Source of the DNA: an uncultured delta proteobacterium
GTDB lineage: Bacteria > Myxococcota_A > Polyangia > Fen-1088
Direction of reading: 5' to 3'
Length of the DNA: 64,000 nucleotides
NCBI GenBank assembly: GCA_963755125.1
Contig: CAVWIP010000005.1
Span: forward strand, 1 to 64,000
Numbering within the stretch: position 1 is the first letter of the stretch; each line of letters opens with the position of its first letter. Positions 46,005 to 55,559 of the stretch are shown in pieces. The translations under genes were made by a program, and so were the position numbers. A model generated the notes under the pieces. That model saw only the letters and a program-made list of their open reading frames with translations. It ran no database searches and was not told the origin of the DNA.

Positions 46005-47357
46005 CTATCGGCCGTCCTTCTTCTGCTTCTGCTGCTGCTTTCGCAGTGTCGCCAGGCGTTCGGCGATGTCGCGCTCGCGGCCATTGCTCGACGGCTGGTA
46101 GTAGTGCCGCCCTTTCAGTTCCTCGGGCAGGTAGTCCTCGACGACGAAGTTTCCTTCATAGTTGTGCGGATACTTGTACCCCTTGCCAAAACCCATGGAC
46201 TGGCCTAGCGCCGAGCTGGGGTTGCGCAGGTGCAGCGGCACCGCCAGCGCGCCGTGCTCTTCCACGTCGGCCTTGGCCGCGGCGTAGGTCGTGACCGTGG
46301 CGTTGCTCTTGGGCGCAACCGCGAGATACACCGCCGCTTGCGTGAGCGGGAGGTGCCCCTCGGGCATGCCCACGAAACGAAGCGCGTCGGTCGCTGCCAT
46401 GGCCACGCGCAAGGCATTGGGGTCCGCGTTGCCAATGTCCTCGGCGGCGAAGATCACCATCCGCCGCGCGACGAAGAGCGGATCCTCGCCTGCTTCCAGC
46501 ATCCGCGCCATCCAGTACACCGCCGCATCAGGATCGCTGCCGCGCATACTCTTGATGAAGGCGCTCACCACTTCGTAGTGCTGGTCGCCCGCCTTGTCGT
46601 AGAGCAACGCTCGCTGCTGCAAGGCCTCTTCGATGGTCTTGGCGTCGATGGACTTTCGGCCCTCGGGGTCGGGCTGCGCGACGGCCGCAGCTGCCTCTAG
46701 CGTGGACAACGCCCGACGCGCGTCGCCGCCGGCCTGGGCCACCATCAGGTCGCGGGTGGCCTCCGAACACTCGATGGGTTCAGCGCCCAGTCCCCGCCTG
46801 GGGTCGGCCAGGGCGCGGTCGATGATGGCGCGCAGGTTTTCCCGGGAGAGCGGTTTTAACACCACCACCTTGGCGCGGGAGAGCAACGGCGCATTGACCT
46901 CGAAGGACGGATTCTCCGTGGTGGCCCCGACGAGGATCACTGTGCCTGCCTCCACATGGGGCAAGAGCGCGTCTTGCTGGGACTTGTTGAAACGATGGAT
47001 CTCGTCGATGAAAAGCAGCGTCCTTTGCCCGCGCATGTCCCGCCGCTGGGCCGCCTCCGCCACTGCCTCACGCACTTCTTTCACCCCTGCCATCACCGCG
47101 GAGAGCGCCACAAAGTTGGCATTGGTTTCCGCGGCCAGCAGGCGCCCCAGCGTGGTCTTGCCCGTGCCGGGCGGCCCCCACAGGATGAGCGAGGTCAGCT
47201 CCTTGCCGTCAAGCGCGCGCCGCAGCCAGCGCCCCGGTCCGAGCAGATGGTCCTGGCCAACGAACTCCGCCAGCGAGGTGGGCCGCATGCGTTCGGCCAG
47301 CGGCTGTCCCCGTCGGTCCTTGCCCGCGGCATGTGAGAAGAGATCCACAGCACACAT
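46005..47357 (-). CDS. rarA: Replication-associated recombination protein A (RarA/MgsA)
   Basis: PLAERMRP, WGPPGTGKTT, DEIHRFNKSQQD, ATTENPSF and SAFIKSMRGSDPDAA. Confidence 0.96.
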   Translation of the reverse strand: MCAVDLFSHAAGKDRRGQPLAERMRPTSLAEFVGQDHLLGPGRWLRRALDGKELTSLILWGPPGTGKTTLGRLLAAETNANFVALSAVMAGVKEVREAVAEAAQRRDMRGQRTLLFIDEIHRFNKSQQDALLPHVEAGTVILVGATTENPSFEVNAPLLSRAKVVVLKPLSRENLRAIIDRALADPRRGLGAEPIECSEATRDLMVAQAGGDARRALSTLEAAAAVAQPDPEGRKSIDAKTIEEALQQRALLYDKAGDQHYEVVSAFIKSMRGSDPDAAVYWMARMLEAGEDPLFVARRMVIFAAEDIGNADPNALRVAMAATDALRFVGMPEGHLPLTQAAVYLAVAPKSNATVTTYAAAKADVEEHGALAVPLHLRNPSSALGQSMGFGKGYKYPHNYEGNFVVEDYLPEELKGRHYYQPSSNGRERDIAERLATLRKQQQKQKKDGR

Positions 47358-49615
47358 CAGCTATAGCGAGCGCGGACCAAGGCCAGCACGGCGTCCTTCG
47401 CACAATGCTCGCAGTAGCCGAAGCGCGATTGCAGCGTGTCCAGGGTTCGCTGGGACGTCGTGGCCGCATCCGGCGACATGTGGCCCGGCCCGTCGACCAG
47501 GTAGATCAGGATGTCTTCGTTGATCTTGCGTACCGCCTTCTTGCGCTCGGCGAAGAATGCCTCGCGCAGTTCCGCGAGGGGCCGCGAAAAGATCTGCTCG
47601 TAGTCGGGCCTCTGGTCCTGGTGGTCCAGGGACCACGCGCCAATCTTGGAGATGATCTCGCGCCGGAAGTCGCTGGCCAGCACGCCCCCCACGCCCACGT
47701 GTAGCGCCCGCTCCACCTCGGCCATGAGTTCCTCGTCAGCGTCCTCGTCTTGCTCGGTGACGGGATTGTGGTACTTCTCACGTTTGACCCAGCATGACAC
47801 CTGGGTGATGTAGCGCTCGAACTGCTGCAGATAGCGACGTTCTTCCACCAGCCCCATCGAGGTGCGCACCTCGTCGTCGATGCGGTCGATGAGAAGGTCG
47901 TGCACCTGGGCGATGAACTTGCCGTTGTCGTGGAAACCACCCGGCATGGGCTCCTGCCGCAAGAATTCGTACACGCTCGCCGCACGCACCAGCTCCTCCA
48001 GCCCCTCGATCACGGCAAACGGCGACACGCACCTCCATCTCGCGCTCTGGGCCGCGTTCATCAGAAGCAAGGTCATCTCGCGCGGGGAGGCGCCTGAACG
48101 GCCTTCATAGTGGGGGTAGCTATCCGATTCGCGCGCGATGGCCTCCACGCCAGCGACAAGCTGCTTCTGCTCCTCGGGCGAAAACGACTCGGGCACCTCG
48201 CCCGCGTACAGACGTGCCTTGTCGATGGGGCCGAGGCGACCGAGCAATTCGGCCAACCCCTCGGGATATTTCTCGGGGTTGGGCTTTCTCATGCGCGTGA
48301 GCACCGCCCACAGCGCGGCCACCCAGGTCACATGCGGGGCCACGTGCCGGTCCGAATGCGCACCCACCGCCTCACCCATGCGCGCGTCGTAGATCTGTTG
48401 CTCCAGACGATAGTCGAGCAGATAGGGTGCGCGTACCAGTTCCATGCGTCCCTTGAAAGACTGGAACTCGGGGCTTTCCTTGAAGGCCGCCAGGTAGCTC
48501 TCGTTGGCGGTTGCCAGGAACACCGTGTCCACCGCGACGCTGGCCACCTCCAGCGATGTCATTCCGTCCTCGACCACGCCCAGGAGGTACTTGAAGGCGT
48601 CGAGCGGCCGCTTGAGCAGGTCATCGAAAGCCAGCAGGCCCCGGTTGCCGTCGACCAGCTCGCCGCTGAACTCGAACAGGGTGAGAGACTGCAGCGCGGG
48701 TGGTAGGGTGGCAAGCGAGCGATCCGTGGTCAACTGGCGCACCCGGGCGTCCACCGCGAGCTGCGGCTCCACCGTGGCCACCGACTGGCGATAGCGCCGC
48801 GAGATGAAGAAGCGCTCCACCTGCACGTGGCGCAAGACCTTGGCGAGATCACCCTGGTAGGAAACCAGCAACGCCTCGAAGATCTGACGGTTGCGGTGAG
48901 AAAGATCGCCGTCGAGCAAGGCCCGCGCTGGCCGCAGACCGGCCGCGATCTGCTGCTCGAGCTTGCCCTCGATCCAAGCGCGCCGCTCCGCGCGTGGCAG
49001 GAGCAGGATGGGATGGTCGCGCATTTCGTCGACGATCTTCGACTCGACCAGATCGTCCTCCAAATAGGCGTAGCTGTCGCCTGGCGCCTGACTCTCGGCG
49101 GGCGGGCCGCCGCCGAAGCCGATCCCCCCCTTGCCAGTGCGCTGCGAGGGGAAGATCCAGTTGAACCGGTAGAGCGCGCCCTCGTCCAGCGATGAGTAGT
49201 GCTCCATGGCCCGTTGCACGCACGAAACGAACGTGGATTTGGCGCTGCCGTTCGGACCGTGCAGCAGGATGAGTCGGTTGGTGCGTCCCTGCCGAGCGAA
49301 ATTCGACAGCAGGCGATACACGCCAGCCTGCACCTCTTCCTGGCCCTTCAGGCTGTCGCGTCCTCTGTCCCAGGGACAATCGAAGAGTTGCCAGCGCGTG
49401 AGCGCCCCGCGGGATCCGCTCACGCTGGTGGTCCCGTAGTGATCGAACACGTCACGCAGGTACTGTGCCGCCGAACGCACCTGATGAGCCATGTCGGTCT
49501 CGAACAGGGTCAGGTACTCCGCAAACGACATGACCCGCCGGTTGCGGGCATATGCCTGGCGCATGTCCGCGGTGATTTGGCCCAGCCAAGCCTTGGCATC
49601 GAAGGTCGAGGACAT
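47357..49615 (-). CDS. prkA: PrkA/YeaG family AAA+ protein
   Basis: LHGPNGSAKST, GELVDGNRG, APYLLDY..E..IY, HVAPH..AVLTR and YEGRSGASPRE. Confidence 0.88.
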   Translation of the reverse strand: MSSTFDAKAWLGQITADMRQAYARNRRVMSFAEYLTLFETDMAHQVRSAAQYLRDVFDHYGTTSVSGSRGALTRWQLFDCPWDRGRDSLKGQEEVQAGVYRLLSNFARQGRTNRLILLHGPNGSAKSTFVSCVQRAMEHYSSLDEGALYRFNWIFPSQRTGKGGIGFGGGPPAESQAPGDSYAYLEDDLVESKIVDEMRDHPILLLPRAERRAWIEGKLEQQIAAGLRPARALLDGDLSHRNRQIFEALLVSYQGDLAKVLRHVQVERFFISRRYRQSVATVEPQLAVDARVRQLTTDRSLATLPPALQSLTLFEFSGELVDGNRGLLAFDDLLKRPLDAFKYLLGVVEDGMTSLEVASVAVDTVFLATANESYLAAFKESPEFQSFKGRMELVRAPYLLDYRLEQQIYDARMGEAVGAHSDRHVAPHVTWVAALWAVLTRMRKPNPEKYPEGLAELLGRLGPIDKARLYAGEVPESFSPEEQKQLVAGVEAIARESDSYPHYEGRSGASPREMTLLLMNAAQSARWRCVSPFAVIEGLEELVRAASVYEFLRQEPMPGGFHDNGKFIAQVHDLLIDRIDDEVRTSMGLVEERRYLQQFERYITQVSCWVKREKYHNPVTEQDEDADEELMAEVERALHVGVGGVLASDFRREIISKIGAWSLDHQDQRPDYEQIFSRPLAELREAFFAERKKAVRKINEDILIYLVDGPGHMSPDAATTSQRTLDTLQSRFGYCEHCAKDAVLALVRARYS

Positions 49616-49708
49616 CGCGCTTTGAAGCTATCACGCGACCCTGCCCGTCGCACGGAAGCCGGTTTCCCTTGTGCACGCGGCTGCGGTATAGAGTCGTGCT
49701 GTCGTTCC

Positions 49709-50437
49709 ATGAGAAAAACTTTCTTGCCCGTCCTCTCCCGCGCGCGTCACGCCATCATCATTCTCGCGGTCCTCATTCTCGCGGTCCTCGTGCCGACAAC
49801 CACGCCGGCGGCCAGCGAGCCCAAGAAAGGGCACCAACCCAGGGGCGAAGATCCGTCCTCCGGCGAGGCGGCGGCCAGCGACGCCAAGCCGCAGTTAAGC
49901 CCCATGGCTGTGCTGAAGAAGTCTGACGCCGCACTGAAGAAGCTGTTTGCGCGCCACGCGCCGTCGTGGTCGCCCGAGGCCGACGCCAAGCGGGGCGAGA
50001 TGCGCAAGATCGTGGCTGGCTTCCTCGATTTCGAGGAACTGGCGCGGCGATCTCTCGCGCGACACTGGGACGGGCTTACGGCCAAGCAGCGAACCGACTT
50101 CGTCGCGACGCTGCGCGACCTGATCGAGCGCAACTACATCAAACAGGTCCACGGATCGCCGAACTACGATCTGGCCTTCGACAAGGAGACCATCGACGGC
50201 AAGGAGGCCGATGTGACCGCCACCCTGCACAGCGTGGTGCGGGGCAAGAAAGAAGACGTGGCGATTGAATACAAGCTCCTCCTCAAGGAAGGCCGGTGGC
50301 TGGTCTACGACGTCATCACCGACGAACAGAGTATGCTCGAGACCTACCGGGCCGAGTTCAGCAAGACCATCAACAAGGAATCCTTTGATGCGCTTCTCAA
50401 GCGCATGAAGAAGAAGCTGGAAGAAAAGAGTGACTGA
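49709..50437 (+). CDS. MlaC/Ttg2D family periplasmic lipid-binding protein
   Basis: Signal peptide; DFEELARRSLARHW..QR..F..Y and WLVYDVITDEQSMLETYRAEF. Confidence 0.82.
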   Translation: MRKTFLPVLSRARHAIIILAVLILAVLVPTTTPAASEPKKGHQPRGEDPSSGEAAASDAKPQLSPMAVLKKSDAALKKLFARHAPSWSPEADAKRGEMRKIVAGFLDFEELARRSLARHWDGLTAKQRTDFVATLRDLIERNYIKQVHGSPNYDLAFDKETIDGKEADVTATLHSVVRGKKEDVAIEYKLLLKEGRWLVYDVITDEQSMLETYRAEFSKTINKESFDALLKRMKKKLEEKSD

Positions 50438-50500
50438 CAGAAGTGCATCGACGGGATCCGCTGACGGCGCGCACCGAATGTGAGAAACTAGGGTCTGCCC

Positions 50501-51556
50501 GTGCGCATCTCCCCACCGCTTTCCCTCCTGCTCGTCTTGCTCGGCGCCCAGGGTGCGCTTGCGCAGTCCAAGCCTTCCGCCGACAGCCCGTCCACGCCGA
50601 ACGGCAAGAACCCAGCCGCCACGCGCACGGGGGCAACTTCTGGGGCCGCGCCAAACGGGGCGGACCCCGCTGCGCCCGCTGCCAAGACGCCGGAGCCGGC
50701 CGCTCCGCCCGCTGCCCTGACGCCTGCCCCACCTCTTGCCCCGAATGCCGCCGCCCCGCCGGCCGTGCCCGGGTCCACGCCCCCCGCGAACAGACTCGTC
50801 CCCGGGCCGGGCTTGCCTTCGATTCCCGGCCACCCAGACGCGCAGTACCCGACCACGGCACGGGTTGCCGTCACGGAATTCCAGGTGACCGGCGAGGACG
50901 CGTCGCGCGTTCTTGCCATGCGGCTGCAGGATGGTTTCGTGGTGGGCCTCAACCGCGTGGCGCCCATTTACGTTCTCGATTCGGTCGACGTCGCTCGCTA
51001 CATCGACATCTTTCCTGAGCTGCAGAAATGCGAAGGCTCCATCTGCATCAAGCGACTGGGCCAAATGCTGGACGTCAGCCACGTCCTGCGCGTCACGGTC
51101 GCGGTGACGGGAAACAGCTATGACATGACTGCGCGTCTGTTCAGCACCGAGGGTCCTTCGCCCGCGGACGTACCCATCGACACCCAGACCAGATTCTGCC
51201 CCGTGTGCACGGTCGACGAAGCGCGCCAGAAGATCATCCAGCTCGGTGACGCCATCAAGAACCCGGTCGAACTCTGGCTGGCCCAGCAACGCCCGCCGCC
51301 GCCGCCGCCGCCGCCGCCCTCGTCCTGGCGCCGTCCCCTGGCTGCGACGGGCATCGCGCTGGGCTTCGCCACCATCGTCGCGGGGGGCGCCTTGCTGGCC
51401 AATTCCGGCCACACCGGCAAGAAGGAGCCGGCTGTGGCCGGTGCCCTGATCGGCGTCGGGGCCAGCCTGGCCGTGCTCAGTTGCTACGTGCTGATCGCGG
51501 TGCCGACCGAACCTGCGAAGTCCTCTCTCAAGGTCGCGATCGGGGGAAGTTTCTAG
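50501..51556 (+). CDS. Secreted Pro-rich hypothetical protein (TolB-N/CsgG-like domain, C-terminal hydrophobic hairpin)
   Basis: Signal peptide, PA-rich linker, RVAVTEF..C..C...LG..L, CPVC, a P9 tract and two terminal hydrophobic segments. Confidence 0.6.
   Translation: MRISPPLSLLLVLLGAQGALAQSKPSADSPSTPNGKNPAATRTGATSGAAPNGADPAAPAAKTPEPAAPPAALTPAPPLAPNAAAPPAVPGSTPPANRLVPGPGLPSIPGHPDAQYPTTARVAVTEFQVTGEDASRVLAMRLQDGFVVGLNRVAPIYVLDSVDVARYIDIFPELQKCEGSICIKRLGQMLDVSHVLRVTVAVTGNSYDMTARLFSTEGPSPADVPIDTQTRFCPVCTVDEARQKIIQLGDAIKNPVELWLAQQRPPPPPPPPPSSWRRPLAATGIALGFATIVAGGALLANSGHTGKKEPAVAGALIGVGASLAVLSCYVLIAVPTEPAKSSLKVAIGGSF
51293..51316 (+). repeat. (CCG)8 trinucleotide tract encoding poly-Pro
   Basis: Read directly; in frame within 50501..51556. 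Confidence 0.9.
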
Positions 51557-51573
51557 CCGCGCGTCGATGTCGC

Positions 51574-52296
51574 TCAGTCAGCCACGGGTTTTCGGGAGGC
51601 GGCAACGCGCAGGCGCTTTGCATGTTCGACCATGAGCGCGTGGAACTCCTGATAGCCGGCCAATGAGCGCGGCAGATTCCGTTCGCAGTAGGCCTTGGCC
51701 GCGGCGTAGCTTGGTTCCTCGCGCTGGTAGCGGTGCTGGAGCAAAACCCTGAGCGTGTACGCATCGACCACCATTTCGGTCTGCGCGTAGGCGTACAACA
51801 GAATGCTGTCAGCCGTTTCCGGCCCCACGCCCCACACCTGCAGCAATTGCGCGCGCGACGGCGGGCGGCCAGAAAGTCGCAGATAGAATTCGCAGAAGGC
51901 GCGCAGTTTGCGAGCCTTGGCACGAAAGTATCCCGAGGGGCGGATCGCCTGCTGCAGGTGCTCCTCGTCGACCGCCAGGATCTTGTGCGGCGCCAGCATG
52001 CCCTCATCAGCAAGCGCCTGCAGCGCCTTTTCCACGTTGGGCCAGGCGGTGTTCTGGGTGAGGATGGCGCCGCAGCAGATCTCGAAGCGCTGCGCCTCGG
52101 TCCGCGGAAAGGAATAGTCGCCCGGATGGTAGCCGGTCAGCCGCCCAGTGAGCGTCGGGTTGCTGCCCCGGTGCTCGAGCAAGGGCCACCAACCCTGCGG
52201 CCCGTAGGCTGCGTAGAGACGCTCGGCGAGAGCGGCCAACGGGATGCGCCGGCCAGGAACAAAAGGCGCTTGCCCGGGCAGGAGAGGCTTGGTCAC
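51574..52296 (-). CDS. HhH-GPD endonuclease III-related protein
   Basis: YGPQGWWP, EICCGAILTQNTAWPNVEKA, IRPSGYF..KA, GVGPETADSILLYA, VVDAYT and EFHAL. Start uncertain. Confidence 0.85.
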   Translation of the reverse strand: MTKPLLPGQAPFVPGRRIPLAALAERLYAAYGPQGWWPLLEHRGSNPTLTGRLTGYHPGDYSFPRTEAQRFEICCGAILTQNTAWPNVEKALQALADEGMLAPHKILAVDEEHLQQAIRPSGYFRAKARKLRAFCEFYLRLSGRPPSRAQLLQVWGVGPETADSILLYAYAQTEMVVDAYTLRVLLQHRYQREEPSYAAAKAYCERNLPRSLAGYQEFHALMVEHAKRLRVAASRKPVAD

Positions 52297-52488
52297 GCAG
52301 AGGAATTTATCAGCCAAGAACCGAAAATTCCCCTTTGGCCTTCCTTCTCCGCTCTGCGTTCTCAACCGCGGGTGGCCGTCTGGATGAAGCCCCTCACGTC
52401 AATTGTTGTCGCAAGGCTCAGCTATTGCAGAAAAGGGCCGAAACCGCCGATGATGAGGGATGACCTCCTACCAAAACGACAGATTTGA

Positions 52489-53718
52489 ATGAAACTGGGC
52501 GAGATTCTCATCCAGCTCGGGCAGATCACGCCCGAGCAACTCGACGCCGGTCTGCGTGCGCAGGAACTGGCCGGCGGAAGACTCGGCACCCATCTGGTTG
52601 AGATGGGCTTCATCGGTACCGACCAGCTTTCCGTCGCCTTGAGCGGACAGATGGGCGTGCCTGCGGCGTTGGAACGTCACTTCTCGCGCGCCGACCCTGC
52701 CGTCGTAGCCATGCTGAAAGCCAGTCTGGCCGTGCGCTACCTGGCGGTGCCGCTGGCGGTTTCGCGCAACGGGGCCAAGCAAGTCTTGGCGGCCATGGCC
52801 ACACCGCTCGACGTGCTCACGCTCGACGACCTCTCCTTCGCCCTGGGCGCTCGGGTCGAACCCCTGGTCGCGGCCGAGACCGCGATCGCCCGCAACATCA
52901 GGCGGCTCTACGGCGTGGAGGTGAACCTCAAAACGCGGCGATCGCTCGTCATGCCGGCACAGACCCCTGCGCCAGGCTTGGGCCAAAGGCCGTTCGCGCA
53001 GAATGCCCCGACCCCGACACCAGCCGCGACATCCACCTCGATCCGAACTTCAGCCGCTTTGGCGCTTGCGCCGCCTGAACGCCCGACCGGCACGAGGCGC
53101 GCAGCAGCGCCCAGCCCGAGTCCGCCACCCGCACGGGATCTGGCTCCGTCACGGGCGCCCTCGCAACCCCGGGCGCGCCCGCCCGGCCCAGGCCCGGTGG
53201 TGAGCCTGGAAGATGCAATTCATCGCCTGGCTCTGGCCGACCACCGCGAGCAACTGGCTGACGTCGTGATGGACTTCATGCGCGGCCACTTTGGCTGCGG
53301 CATGTTCTTCCTGGTTCGCGACGGCCACGCGCGCGTGTGGCGCGGTTTCGCCCCCGGCATCCAGGAGGCGGCCATCGAAACCATTGCGTTTCCCATCTCG
53401 ATGCCATCGTGCTTTCAGCTCGCCCACGATCGTGGCACTTCGTTCTGCGGGCTGGCCCCGGCCGAAGGCAACAGGCTGCAGCGCCAGGTCTGGAAGTACC
53501 TGCACTGCGAGGAACCCTCCGAGGTCGTCGTAGTGCCGGTCCAGGTTAAGAATCGTGTCCTCAATCTGGTTTATGCCCACGCCACCGACGGCGGGCCCCT
53601 GCCCGCCGGACCGGTCATGGACCTGCAGGCACTGTGCGCCGCGATCAGCAGCGCCTACGTGCGGATGATCCAGAAACTGAAAGCCGGAGACGCGGCGACC
53701 ACCGCGTCGGAACGATAG
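52489..53718 (+). CDS. MshEN/T2SSE_N domain protein with Pro-rich linker and GAF-like C-terminus (no ATPase domain)
   Basis: MKLGEILIQLGQITPEQLDAGLRAQ..GGRLGTHLVEMG; AMATPLD..LDDLSFALG; no Walker A motif. Confidence 0.8.
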   Translation: MKLGEILIQLGQITPEQLDAGLRAQELAGGRLGTHLVEMGFIGTDQLSVALSGQMGVPAALERHFSRADPAVVAMLKASLAVRYLAVPLAVSRNGAKQVLAAMATPLDVLTLDDLSFALGARVEPLVAAETAIARNIRRLYGVEVNLKTRRSLVMPAQTPAPGLGQRPFAQNAPTPTPAATSTSIRTSAALALAPPERPTGTRRAAAPSPSPPPARDLAPSRAPSQPRARPPGPGPVVSLEDAIHRLALADHREQLADVVMDFMRGHFGCGMFFLVRDGHARVWRGFAPGIQEAAIETIAFPISMPSCFQLAHDRGTSFCGLAPAEGNRLQRQVWKYLHCEEPSEVVVVPVQVKNRVLNLVYAHATDGGPLPAGPVMDLQALCAAISSAYVRMIQKLKAGDAATTASER

Positions 53719-53768
53719 CAAGAGCCTGCCGGTCTTGACATCCACTGCCGGACCATTCTTATGGAAAC

Positions 53769-54755
53769 ATGCGCGCCTGGCTACTCGACGATTTCATCGG
53801 TGTTGGCAGTTTGCGTCTGGCGGAGATGCCTGATCCAGTTCCGCAAGAGGGTGAAGTGATCCTCGGAGTTCACTACGCCAGTCTGAATCCCGCCGACCGT
53901 TACCTGGCCGAGGGGCAGTATCCGGCCAACCCGCCCTTCCCCCACGTTCTCGGCCGCGACGGCATGGGAACCGTCGAGCGAGTTGGACCCGGGGTGACGC
54001 TGCTCCGGCCGGGAGACCGGCGGGCCATTCTACGCGGCGAGGTGGGTGTGAACCGTCCCGGCACATTTGCCGAACGAGTCGCTGTGCCCGTCGACAATCT
54101 GGTCGAGATTCCGGCCGGCTGGAGCGATCCCGAGGTGGCCGGCGCCACGCTGGTCTATCTGACTGCACACCAGGCGCTCACCATGTGGGGCGCGCTGCCG
54201 CCGGAATCGCTGGTGCTGGTCACCGGCGCGTCGGGCGGCGTGGGCGTTGCGGCCGTACAACTCGCACGAGCCATGGGGCACAGAGTGCTCGCTCTGTCCC
54301 GCAGCGAGGGAAAGAGCCGCCGACTCCGGGAACTTGGTGCAACGAACACGTTCGATCCACAAGACCCCGATTGGCGGCAATCCGCCAAGGCCGCGATCGC
54401 TCCTCGCCGTGTCGACCTGGCGATCGACAACATCGGCGGCAAGCTACTCCCCGAGGTCATCGATCTGCTCGGCAATCTCGGCAAGGTCAGCGTGGTAGGA
54501 CGTCTCGCCGGACCGGTGCCGGAGTTCAACACCGCAACCCTGTTCTTCCGCCGCATTCGCGTGGGCGGCGTCGCGGTCGGCGCCTGGACCAGCGCGGAGA
54601 GCCGCGCAGCATGGGGAGAAGTCCTGATGTTGCTGTCGAGCGCCAGCGCCCGACCGCAGGTCGATTCCTGCTTCCCCTTCGAGGATCTCCCGAAGGCGTT
54701 CGCACGCCTGGCCCACGGCCCGATGGGGAAGGTGGTTGTTAAGGTAAAAGAATGA
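53769..54755 (+). CDS. MDR-family quinone oxidoreductase-like dehydrogenase
   Basis: SLNPAD, GRDGMG and VTGASGGVG; no zinc-binding Cys cluster. Confidence 0.88.
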   Translation: MRAWLLDDFIGVGSLRLAEMPDPVPQEGEVILGVHYASLNPADRYLAEGQYPANPPFPHVLGRDGMGTVERVGPGVTLLRPGDRRAILRGEVGVNRPGTFAERVAVPVDNLVEIPAGWSDPEVAGATLVYLTAHQALTMWGALPPESLVLVTGASGGVGVAAVQLARAMGHRVLALSRSEGKSRRLRELGATNTFDPQDPDWRQSAKAAIAPRRVDLAIDNIGGKLLPEVIDLLGNLGKVSVVGRLAGPVPEFNTATLFFRRIRVGGVAVGAWTSAESRAAWGEVLMLLSSASARPQVDSCFPFEDLPKAFARLAHGPMGKVVVKVKE

Positions 54756-54839
54756 TGAGCGCCGCTGTCGCTTTGTGCCGAGTGGCCGGCAACTGTCAAC
54801 CCGAACCCGCCACCTCGCCGACCTGCGCGACGTGCCTCG

Positions 54840-55460
54840 CTACGAATTCTCCAGAACCACGCCCTCGATGATGTTGGCCACGTCTTCACAGCGATCGGTG
54901 GCGGTTTCGAGCAGCTCGTATATCTCTTTCCACTTGATCACGAAGATGGGATCCTTCGCCTCTTTGAACAGCTTGGCGATGGCCGCCCGCAACTGCACGT
55001 CTGCCTCGTTCTCCAACCGGTTGATCTCGACGCATTTCTCCAGGATCAGATCCGGGTTCTTCAGATTGCGCATCCCCGAAAGCGCCTCCAGCACGCGTTC
55101 CGCCCCGTGCAGCAGGGTGCGCGCCAAGTCGGCCAGTTCCGGGGTAGGCTGGTGGATGTCGTACACCAGCAGGCGCTGCGCCGCTGCCTCCACGAAATCC
55201 ATCACATCATCCATCTTCGAGATCAAGCGGAAGATATCGTTGCGATCGATGGGCGTGATGAAGGTCTTGTGCAGGCGCGCGACAACACCATGTGTGATGT
55301 GGTCACACTCGCTCTCGATGGCCTTTATGCGCGGACTGACGGCGGCGCAGTCGTTGCCACCCTCCGCCATGTCAAGAAAGGCACGACAGCCCTCGACCGT
55401 CTTTGCAGCGTGCTTCTCGAAATCGTCGAAAAAGGACTCTTCTCGCGGCAGCAGGCGCAT
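54840..55460 (-). CDS. DUF47 / PhoU-like phosphate transport regulator
   Basis: LLPREESFF, ESECD, TFITPIDRNDI, LENEAD, IKWKEIYELLE and DRCEDVA. Confidence 0.9.
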   Translation of the reverse strand: MRLLPREESFFDDFEKHAAKTVEGCRAFLDMAEGGNDCAAVSPRIKAIESECDHITHGVVARLHKTFITPIDRNDIFRLISKMDDVMDFVEAAAQRLLVYDIHQPTPELADLARTLLHGAERVLEALSGMRNLKNPDLILEKCVEINRLENEADVQLRAAIAKLFKEAKDPIFVIKWKEIYELLETATDRCEDVANIIEGVVLENS

Positions 55461-55559
55461 GTTCAAGGGCTGTATCGCTGAAGCGGGCTGCGCTGTCAAC
55501 CTGGCGGATGTTGGATCGTCCTCGTGGACCAACCACCGCGGGTGTTTCATAGTGCGCGG

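Noticed and set aside
51293..51316. (CCG)8 as a phase-variation switch
   Set aside because: A trinucleotide unit keeps the frame and would only change the poly-Pro linker length.
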